Of a stretch of 64,000 bases of DNA, positions 38,726 to 46,368 are shown piece by piece. Both the position numbers and the translations under genes were made by a program. Within the stretch, counting starts at the first letter, position 1, and each line of letters opens with the position of its first letter. The notes under the pieces are model-generated. The model had not been told where the DNA came from, ran no database searches, and worked only from the letters and a program-made list of their open reading frames with translations. Source of the stretch: Gammaproteobacteria bacterium (GTDB taxonomy: Bacteria; Pseudomonadota; Gammaproteobacteria; JBCCGL01); NCBI GenBank assembly GCA_965277715.1, contig OZ255836.1, forward strand, positions 1,632,001 through 1,696,000. Reading direction: 5' to 3'.

Positions 38726-40201
38726 TCACCCCGTTTTTTTATCTTCCTTTTCTTCTTGAACAGCGTAGAAGTAATTCAGTGCGTCCTTATCGCGGTCACT
38801 GAAATTTTCAGTAAGAGTGCTGGCTTCGTCATCCATTTCTAATTCTTCAAGTTCGTGCAATAACTTAGCAAGTTGCTTGCCGCGTTGAAGTTGTTCGCCA
38901 GAATCATATTCATATGGAACAGGCTTCAACTTTGGCTTTGGTGGTTCGTCGGGATCGCCCCCTGATTCTGCTTGTTCCTTTTTTCGTAAACGGTCATTAA
39001 ACTTTTGATATTCTTCAAAGTCCAAAGGCGTTATGTGATTGGTATAATGATCTTCAATCATCTTTGGACTGTTACCACAGTTTTTAGCAATTTCGTTTAC
39101 GTTAACACCTTCAAGGAAGCGGTTTGAAATGAAGGAATGACGAAGTGATTCAAAGGTTCGATATTCACCTTTCTTTTCACCACGAATATCCTGTTCTTCC
39201 AGTATTTGAACGAAGCGCGAACGGTTATTTTGATCAAATAGTTTTTCATTAGAATTGCGGTCAAGCCCCCGGCGGGTCAAGATGCGCTTGTAAACAGTGC
39301 CAGAACCTTTAACCCCGACTGTCACCCGTGATTTAGTTTTTGCGCCATCTTCATCGGGAACATTGATTACAGTGACTTGATATACTTTTCCATTCTCACG
39401 AACACCTTTTAGCCGTACATCCTTACAGCGAATAATTCCGAGTTCTTCAGGGCGCAACCCGGTGTATAACATCAAATGTACTCGGTCACGCAATGATTCA
39501 GCACTGTACAGGTCTGTTTTTCGCGTCTTCCCCTGAATATTATCGTCAAGGGCTGTTAATAGCTTATGCTGTTCACGAATGCTAAACCATATACGCTTGG
39601 CATTGTTGTTATTGAATTTCAGACCATCTTTCAAAGTTGGTAGGCGATAATCTTCAACCAGTTCGTCTGCCACATTCAGACAGGTTCGAAGTGAACCCTT
39701 GATTAGTCGAACATAATTTTTGCTTATATCAGGCTTACGCTTATACAGGTCAGCAAGATAGTCCTTCCACATTTTGCTATTAACATCGGTGACCGGTGTG
39801 GTCCCAAAAAATGGCTGAATTTCTAACAGGTAGTTCTTTTCGATAGTGTTCCAATGGCTTTTGGTGTTGTGACCCATGCCAATACGAACACGATAGCTTT
39901 CCGTAGCGCGGTGGAAGCAATCATCAACCGTGACTTGACCGGAAAGGCTAACCCTTTCACCTTTACCAATAGTTTGTAGAAATTCTTCATAAGCTATTGC
40001 TGCAATTTTACAGGCTTCCTTGAAATCCTTCTTTCCAGTGGATTTACGATTGTCTGTGCCTTTGCCAGCACTACTAAGTTCAGTCTTGATAAACCAACGA
40101 TATTGCCAAACGTTGCCACGTTTGTGCATCGTGATTTCGTCGTAAAGGGGATGGTCTGCCATGGGGCTGGAATCCTTACACACATGTTGAAAATCGGTCA
40201 T
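38726..40201 (-). CDS. int: Tyrosine recombinase / integrase
   Basis: YTGLRPEEL, KTK, SLRHSF, GNSPKMIEDHY; N-terminal arm-binding-like region (WQYR..RKSTG); start may be 40162. Confidence 0.9.
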   Translation of the reverse strand: MTDFQHVCKDSSPMADHPLYDEITMHKRGNVWQYRWFIKTELSSAGKGTDNRKSTGKKDFKEACKIAAIAYEEFLQTIGKGERVSLSGQVTVDDCFHRATESYRVRIGMGHNTKSHWNTIEKNYLLEIQPFFGTTPVTDVNSKMWKDYLADLYKRKPDISKNYVRLIKGSLRTCLNVADELVEDYRLPTLKDGLKFNNNNAKRIWFSIREQHKLLTALDDNIQGKTRKTDLYSAESLRDRVHLMLYTGLRPEELGIIRCKDVRLKGVRENGKVYQVTVINVPDEDGAKTKSRVTVGVKGSGTVYKRILTRRGLDRNSNEKLFDQNNRSRFVQILEEQDIRGEKKGEYRTFESLRHSFISNRFLEGVNVNEIAKNCGNSPKMIEDHYTNHITPLDFEEYQKFNDRLRKKEQAESGGDPDEPPKPKLKPVPYEYDSGEQLQRGKQLAKLLHELEELEMDDEASTLTENFSDRDKDALNYFYAVQEEKEDKKTG

Positions 40202-40220
40202 CGTTAAAGATAACACAAAG

Positions 40221-40249
40221 TGTGCAAGAATGTGTAAGTGGTGTGTAAG
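40221..40249. promoter_or_regulatory. Putative integrase arm-type sites (right)
   Basis: TGTGCAAG, TGTGTAAG, TGTGTAAG at 10-11 bp spacing. Confidence 0.6.
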
Positions 40250-40377
40250 GCTTTCTGCTCGCTTCCGGGGATCAAATTTGACCGATTTTCAGCCCCGAAA
40301 AGGTGTCTTTTTTGACCCTGTTTTAGGTCGTTTTCAATAAATCAAAAAGTCATGTAACTTAATGATTTTACTAAAGT

Positions 40378-40464
40378 TGGTGCTCGGGGCGGGAATCGAA
40401 CCCGCACGATATTTCTATCGCAAGATTTTAAGTCTTGTGTGTCTACCAATTTCACCACCCGAGC
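40378..40464 (-). tRNA. tRNA-Leu(TAA), intact and island-encoded
   Basis: GCTCGGG/CCCGAGC acceptor, CAAGA-CTTAAAA-TCTTG anticodon arm, long variable arm, GGTTCGATTCC, encoded CCA. Confidence 0.95.
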
Positions 40465-40475
40465 ATAATAAGGAC

Positions 40476-40517
40476 GGATTTTAAGTCCCTTGCGTCTACC
40501 AATTTCGCCATCCGGGC
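40476..40517 (-). pseudogene. leuZ: 5' half of the split host tRNA-Leu(TAA)
   Basis: GCCCGGATGGCGAAATTGGTAGACGCAAGGGACTTAAAATCC, then non-tRNA sequence; its acceptor strand pairs with TCCGGGC of the 26015-26075 half. Confidence 0.9.
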
Positions 40518-40532
40518 AGCGATGATTATCAA

Positions 40533-40606
40533 TGGAGGCTGAGACCGGAATCGAACCGGTGTACACGGCTTTGCAGGCCGCTGCATAACCACTCTGCCAC
40601 CCAGCC
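40533..40606 (-). tRNA. cysT: tRNA-Cys(GCA)
   Basis: 74-nt cloverleaf, CTGCAAA loop, CCA end. Confidence 0.95.
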
Positions 40607-40700
40607 ATTAACAAATCAGAGTAACACTAATTAACCGCGACAATCCAAACCTTATCGAGGCGGTAAAACAACAAGGCATATAGGGTGTATATGTCGCCAT

Positions 40701-40732
40701 AAAAAAACCCCGGTTAAGTGCCGGGGTTTTTT
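40701..40732 (-). terminator. Intrinsic terminator-like hairpin between tRNA-Gly and tRNA-Cys
   Basis: AAAAAAACCCCGG-ttaagtg-CCGGGGTTTTTT. Confidence 0.7.
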
Positions 40733-40736
40733 AATC

Positions 40737-40812
40737 TGGAGCGGGAAACGAGATTCGAACTCGCGACCCCAACCTTGGCAAGGTTGTGCTCTACCAGCTG
40801 AGCTATTCCCGC
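40737..40812 (-). tRNA. glyW: tRNA-Gly(GCC)
   Basis: GCGGGAATAGCTCAG...TTGCCAA...TTCCCGCTCCA, 76 nt. Confidence 0.96.
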
Positions 40813-40891
40813 AGAGGGCGGCATTCTAGCCAATGCTGCCATTATGTCAATACTGTTGGCCGGTATTTCTCTAAATCTCTCTCAATCCCCC

Positions 40892-41458
40892 TTACTCATC
40901 GGCAACGCCCGCTTTGCGCGCTGCATTCAAGTACAGACACATCGAGTACAACGTCAACCCCGCAGCGACAACCAGCGCACAACTGCCCCAAAAATACATG
41001 GATTGGCCTGCAACGGGCAGTTGATACAACATCAGGAATATCGCCAACATCTGCAATGTCGTTTTCACTTTGCCAATCCAACTGACAGAAACCAACTGTT
41101 TTTTACCCAGCTCTGCCATCCACTCACGCAGGGCGGAGATAACAATTTCCCGGCTGATAATAATACACGCCGACAGGGTCAACCAGGTTTGTGAGTGAGT
41201 GGAAACCAGCAATAGCAAAGCGGTAACAACCATTAGTTTGTCCGCCACCGGATCGAGAAATGCACCAAATGCCGATTGTTGTTGTAGCTTTCTGGCCAGG
41301 TAACCATCCAGCCAATCGGTTATACCCGCCAGTGCAAACACAACGGCGCACGCAGGTCGCGCCCAGTCGGTGGGAATATAGAAAGCCAACACGATGATAG
41401 GCAGCAGAGCGATGCGCAGCAGTGTCAGTACAGTGGGCAGTGTGATGTGTATTTGCAT
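40892..41458 (-). CDS. pgsA: CDP-diacylglycerol--glycerol-3-phosphate 3-phosphatidyltransferase
   Basis: TDWLDGYLAR..FGAFLDPVADK; uvrC-pgsA-tRNA synteny. Confidence 0.95.
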   Translation of the reverse strand: MQIHITLPTVLTLLRIALLPIIVLAFYIPTDWARPACAVVFALAGITDWLDGYLARKLQQQSAFGAFLDPVADKLMVVTALLLLVSTHSQTWLTLSACIIISREIVISALREWMAELGKKQLVSVSWIGKVKTTLQMLAIFLMLYQLPVAGQSMYFWGSCALVVAAGLTLYSMCLYLNAARKAGVADE

Positions 41459-41485
41459 GTTAATCGTCAGTTTGTACCGGGTTAT

Positions 41486-43318
41486 TCACGCGGGCGAATC
41501 GCCGTGAAATTTTTCATAAATTAATTTGGCCAGTGGTTGGCTAATGCCAGGCACTGCGGCCACGTCTTCAATACCGGCACGTTGTATACCCTGCATACCG
41601 CCAAAATGTGCCAACAGGTTGCGCCGCCGTTTTGGCCCCAGACCGGGTATGCCCTCAAGCACACTGCGTTTGCGTTGTTTGTCCCGTTTATTGCGGTGAC
41701 TGGTAATCGCAAAACGGTGCGCTTCGTCGCGTATTTGCTGAACCAGATGCAAAGCGGGTGATTCTTTACCCAGTACCAATTGTTCAGCGGTCTCCGCTAC
41801 AACCAGCACTTCTTCACCGGCAATGCGCTCGGGGCCTTTGGCGACGCCGACCAAGTATATCTCGTCCAGTTGCAATTCGTTGAGGACTTCTTTGGCAACA
41901 CTCACCTGCCCTTTGCCACCATCGACAAACAGGATATCCGGCAGGTTGGCGTTTTCTTTGATAGCGCGTGTATAACGACGCGTCAGTGCCTGACGCATCG
42001 CGGCATAGTCGTCCCCTGGGGTAATATCGGTGATAGAAAAACGGCGGTAGGCTTGCTTCATGGGGCCTTCCGCGTTGAATACAACGCAGGAGGCGATGGT
42101 GCCCTCCCCGCGTGTATGGCTTATATCAAAACATTCCATACGGCCTGGCAGTTCATCGAAACTGAGCACACTGCGCAGGTTTTCCAGCCGCTGGGCGTTA
42201 CCGGCACGGCTGGATAGGTGGACTGCCAGCGCCGATTCGGCATTGTGCCTGGCCATATCAATCCAGCGGGCGCGCTCACCGCGCATTTTGTCGCTGATAA
42301 GCACTTTGCGCTGGCAGCGCTCTGACAACACTCCTTCCAGCACCTCGCTCCCCATCACCGTATGGCTTAACAGGATTTCTTTAGGGACTTCATTGTGTAA
42401 ATAAAATTGGGTTAAGAAGGCGTACAGCACTTCTTCAGGGGTGGCATCAGTCGGCATTCTTGGATAGAAGGGCTTATTGCCTAAGTTCATACCGTTGCGA
42501 ATAAAAAACACCTGGATACAGCTTCGCCCGCCTTTGAGCGCACAGGCAACCACATCGATATTACCCTTATCACTGCTGACGTATTGCTTTTCCGCCACGG
42601 CTTTGATGTCGGCAATCTGATCCCGCAGCCGGGCGGCTTTTTCAAAATCCAGTTGTGCGGCGGCACTTTCCATGTCGGCCACCAATTGCAGGATCACTTC
42701 ATTGTCTTTGCCGGATAACAGCAACTGGGTGTGCTCGACATCCTGCTGGTAGCGCTGTTCGCTGATCAAGCCGACACAAGGTCCCGAGCAACGTTTGATT
42801 TGGTACTGCAAACAAGGGCGCGAGCGGTTGCTAAAGTAAGAGTCGACGCACTGCCTGACCTGAAACAGTTTCTGTACGTGCCGCAGTGATTTCTTTACCG
42901 CCCCCGCGTTAGGATAAGGGCCAATGTATTTACCCGGTTTTTTTTTGCCACCGCGATGGTAGGCCAGGCGCGGGTACTGGTCTTTTGACGAGATGTAGAT
43001 ATACGGGTAACTCTTATCGTCGCGCAGCAATATGTTATAGCGCGGTTTAAATTTTTTTATCAGGTGGTTTTCGAGAATCAGCGCCTCGGATTCGGTATTG
43101 GTCAGGGTCACCTCCACCCGTTCGATCTGTGCGACCAGCGCCCGGGTCTTCGGCGAACCGGGGTCCTTGCGAAAATAGCTGCTCAAGCGCTTGCGCAGGT
43201 TCCCGGCCTTGCCGACGTAGATAACCTCATCACCCGCATTCAGCATACGGTAGACACCGGGTGTCGTGCTCACAGTGGATAAGAAGTGGCTTGCATCAAA
43301 CACCGGCTTATCGTCCAT
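41486..43318 (-). CDS. uvrC: Excinuclease ABC subunit C
   Basis: GIY-YIG (PGVY..YVGKA), ECFDISH, DGGKGQ, RDEAHRFAI, HhH. Confidence 0.97.
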   Translation of the reverse strand: MDDKPVFDASHFLSTVSTTPGVYRMLNAGDEVIYVGKAGNLRKRLSSYFRKDPGSPKTRALVAQIERVEVTLTNTESEALILENHLIKKFKPRYNILLRDDKSYPYIYISSKDQYPRLAYHRGGKKKPGKYIGPYPNAGAVKKSLRHVQKLFQVRQCVDSYFSNRSRPCLQYQIKRCSGPCVGLISEQRYQQDVEHTQLLLSGKDNEVILQLVADMESAAAQLDFEKAARLRDQIADIKAVAEKQYVSSDKGNIDVVACALKGGRSCIQVFFIRNGMNLGNKPFYPRMPTDATPEEVLYAFLTQFYLHNEVPKEILLSHTVMGSEVLEGVLSERCQRKVLISDKMRGERARWIDMARHNAESALAVHLSSRAGNAQRLENLRSVLSFDELPGRMECFDISHTRGEGTIASCVVFNAEGPMKQAYRRFSITDITPGDDYAAMRQALTRRYTRAIKENANLPDILFVDGGKGQVSVAKEVLNELQLDEIYLVGVAKGPERIAGEEVLVVAETAEQLVLGKESPALHLVQQIRDEAHRFAITSHRNKRDKQRKRSVLEGIPGLGPKRRRNLLAHFGGMQGIQRAGIEDVAAVPGISQPLAKLIYEKFHGDSPA

Positions 43319-45117
43319 CAGTGCGTATCGGCAATGTGTTCAACCAGCAGTTGCAGGCTTCGCTGACCACGAAATACATTGACATCCAGTTTGTAGACCA
43401 TATCGACATCGCCCTCACCCAAATATTCACCCGTCTGGTTAAAGGCGATGGCATCGACCACCAGGTTGGGGTTATCAACAGGGTGAACACACATTTTCAG
43501 GTGGCTCTGACCGACAATGCGCTGCTGGGTGCGCTTGAATACGCCCTGGAACAGCGGCTCGGGAAAGTGTTGGCCCCACGGTGCAGCTAATCGCAGTGCC
43601 TGCGCAAATTCGAGCGAGAAACAATCTGTATCCAGCACGCCATCGGTATAAAGAACCGGCTCCAGTGCCTCGCCTTTGAGCTGCAGGTTAACACCCTCGG
43701 TAAACGCCCCGGCAAAGGTATCCAGATCAGTCGTTTCAAGCGTCAGGCCCGCCGCCATCGCGTGGCCACCAAATTTAATAATCAACCCCGGATACTGGCT
43801 GTCTACGTAGGCGATGGCGTCGCGGATATGCACCCCCGCCATCGAGCGTGCCGAGCCTTTTAAGTGGCCCTGTGCATCCTCCGTAAAGATAATCGTGGGC
43901 CGGTGTACCGACTCGCGCACACGCCCGGCCAGGATACCGATAACCCCTTCGTGCCACTCGGGGTTATACAGGCAAATACCCGCAGGAAACTGCCGCTGTT
44001 GGTTCTCCGCCAGCCACGCTTCCAGTAACACATTGGCCTGTTCGCGCATATCGGTTTCAATGGCGCGTCGCTCGCGGTTGAGTGCATCCAGCTTGACCGC
44101 TATCTCCCGGGCCTCCAGGTCATTCTCTGCCAGCAGGCAGGCAATCCCGAGCGACATATCCTCTAACCGACCGGCCGCATTCAAACGCGGGCCGACCGCG
44201 AAAGCCAGATCGCTGGCCACAGCGTCGCTGGCACTGCGCCCACTAACGGCTAAAAGACCGGCAATACCACAGCACATTTTCCCGGAGCGGATGCGGCGCA
44301 AACCTTGTTCAACCAGAATGCGGTTATTGCTGTCCAGAGGTACCACATCGGCCACTGTACCCAGCGCGACAAGATCCAGGTAGGCCGCTGTGTTTGGCAC
44401 AGCAATACCGTGTTGATCAAACCAGCCAAGTGCTTTCAGATGCGTGCGCAGGGCGGACAGCAGGTAAAAAATCACCCCGACACCCGCCAGGTTTTTACTC
44501 GGAAACGGATCGCCATTGAGATTGGGGTTGACAATCACATTGGCATTGGGCAGTTGTGCGGGTGGCAGGTGGTGATCGGTAATCAGTACATCAATTGCCA
44601 ATGCGCGTGCCGCTGCAACCCCCTCGACACTGGCGATACCGTTATCGACCGTGATCAATAAATCCGGTTTTAGCCCGGCAACACTATCGACCACTTCAGG
44701 ATTTAGGCCATAGCCAAAGCGAAACCTGTCTGGCACAAAATAATTTACCCGTTGCGCACCCAGTGCGCGCAATAGTTTCACCGCAAGCGCGGTGCTGGTG
44801 GCACCATCGGCATCGTAATCGCCGACGATAACAATGCGTTGCTGCTGTTGAATAGCTTCAGCCAGCAGCGATACCGCCGCATCAATACCCCCTAGGGCAC
44901 TGGCCGGGTGTAGATTTGCCAGTGAGGGATCCACTTGCCGAGGCTCTTCAACACCGCGTGCCGCTAATAACCGGGCAATGGTCGGGTGTGGGTGCAATGA
45001 CAGCCAATCGTTCTGATTATTATTCTGGCCGCTATTCTGGTCATTATTCTGGCCATTATCGTGGCCACCACCTTTAAAGTCTGGGCGTTGTACTATTTTA
45101 AGTGGGGGCTGGCTCAT
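43318..45117 (-). CDS. recJ: Single-stranded DNA exonuclease
   Basis: GDYDADG, TVDNG, TDHH, GTVADVV, PRLNAAGR, GGHAMAAG. Confidence 0.96.
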   Translation of the reverse strand: MSQPPLKIVQRPDFKGGGHDNGQNNDQNSGQNNNQNDWLSLHPHPTIARLLAARGVEEPRQVDPSLANLHPASALGGIDAAVSLLAEAIQQQQRIVIVGDYDADGATSTALAVKLLRALGAQRVNYFVPDRFRFGYGLNPEVVDSVAGLKPDLLITVDNGIASVEGVAAARALAIDVLITDHHLPPAQLPNANVIVNPNLNGDPFPSKNLAGVGVIFYLLSALRTHLKALGWFDQHGIAVPNTAAYLDLVALGTVADVVPLDSNNRILVEQGLRRIRSGKMCCGIAGLLAVSGRSASDAVASDLAFAVGPRLNAAGRLEDMSLGIACLLAENDLEAREIAVKLDALNRERRAIETDMREQANVLLEAWLAENQQRQFPAGICLYNPEWHEGVIGILAGRVRESVHRPTIIFTEDAQGHLKGSARSMAGVHIRDAIAYVDSQYPGLIIKFGGHAMAAGLTLETTDLDTFAGAFTEGVNLQLKGEALEPVLYTDGVLDTDCFSLEFAQALRLAAPWGQHFPEPLFQGVFKRTQQRIVGQSHLKMCVHPVDNPNLVVDAIAFNQTGEYLGEGDVDMVYKLDVNVFRGQRSLQLLVEHIADTH

Positions 45118-46211
45118 GGTGTTTCTTCTCCCAATACTTTTTCCTGCGGGGAAAAGTAGTCTTGCAAAGGTGTTCGTTTACGCCAGAATTTCTTCATCTC
45201 AACGCGTGATATATCGATGCGCTGCCCATTGCAGGGGTAAACACTGACACCCGGTATATGGCTGCGTTTTAACGCGTTAACCAATGGCACAAAGTAGCGT
45301 GCCTCCATACCCGCCAAGGCGTGTACCCATTCAGTCGTACGGCTGTATGTCGACAATGACAGTAACGTGGCATCCACCAGCGTGAAGGGTTGGTCAACAG
45401 ATAGGTTATTAGTCGGCAACGGCCTAACAGGCTGTTGCCGCCGTTCTGCCATGGCTTTGGGCAAGGCTTCATCGGTGTAGACACTATGCGTGCTTATATC
45501 ATTGCCCTTATCGCTATTGATACCAGGCAACACGCCCCCGCCCCACAACCACACACTATTGACCTCGCGCTGCCCGTGCGCTTGCCGGTGCTGATTAACC
45601 GGGTGGGTGTGTAACAGCATTTGTACCTCCGTGAGCAACGCTTTCCAGTACCCGCCCGAATCGCCACTGGGGAAGAAGTGATGGACGTTGCGACCCGCCG
45701 CGTACCCCGGTGGTGACATATTGACATCCAACGCCCGCCCGGCAGTCAAAAACCATTGCTTTGCACCCGCTCGATGAAACTGCATCGCGTCTTCAGCAAA
45801 GTGGGCATTTAACGCATCGACCAGCTCAGCGGCTTCGCCATCACTCAAATCCAGCGCCTCACCTTCAATCAGACGCGCCTGATCCCTGTCTACCTGCAAG
45901 TGCACCGGGTCGGCGCGCAGACAACCGTTAGTGGGCAGTGCATGCCGCCTCGTCTGGCTCGATTCCACCTGAAAATACAGCGGCCATTCGAGTGCTGCCA
46001 CCGGCACATCACCACGCACCGGATCAGTGCAATCAAATACCTTACCGAGCACCGCTTCAAACGAATGCCCAGTCATGTCATGCCGTGTAGCACGGCAGAA
46101 CAACGCCGACAATGCATCTAATGGTGTTTCTACCTGAAGCGCCGTTTGCGCCCCAGAGGGAGGGTCGAGTAGGCCGGGTAATACCAGCACAGCAAATTCA
46201 GTCGATACCAT
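45114..46211 (-). CDS. Conserved phosphoglycerate-mutase-like protein upstream of recJ
   Basis: ADPVHL, LLTEVQMLLH.HPVN..R, VNSVWLWGGG, KFWR. Confidence 0.7.
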   Translation of the reverse strand: MVSTEFAVLVLPGLLDPPSGAQTALQVETPLDALSALFCRATRHDMTGHSFEAVLGKVFDCTDPVRGDVPVAALEWPLYFQVESSQTRRHALPTNGCLRADPVHLQVDRDQARLIEGEALDLSDGEAAELVDALNAHFAEDAMQFHRAGAKQWFLTAGRALDVNMSPPGYAAGRNVHHFFPSGDSGGYWKALLTEVQMLLHTHPVNQHRQAHGQREVNSVWLWGGGVLPGINSDKGNDISTHSVYTDEALPKAMAERRQQPVRPLPTNNLSVDQPFTLVDATLLSLSTYSRTTEWVHALAGMEARYFVPLVNALKRSHIPGVSVYPCNGQRIDISRVEMKKFWRKRTPLQDYFSPQEKVLGEETP

Positions 46212-46368
46212 AGCGCGATTTAGCGGTTAAACAACGGGGGGTCTTCAGTTATAGTTGGCGCACATAGGGGCGTATTGGTAAAAATGCTACCCTTCGTCGT
46301 TGATCATCGCATATCAGTGTCATCGTTGGCTCAAAATTACCGCCGTAAATGGCGCCATAAAAAATATT

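Larger units (their letters stand above)
26060..40491. mobile_element. ~14.4-kb tyrosine-integrase island (decayed phage/satellite-like) in tRNA-Leu(TAA)
   Basis: 16-bp direct repeat GGATTTTAAGTCCCTT at 26060-26075 and 40476-40491; integrase at one end; visibly AT-richer cargo. Confidence 0.92.

Noticed and set aside
40342-40614. 90-aa ORF
   Set aside because: It overlaps three tRNA sequences; a spurious translation.
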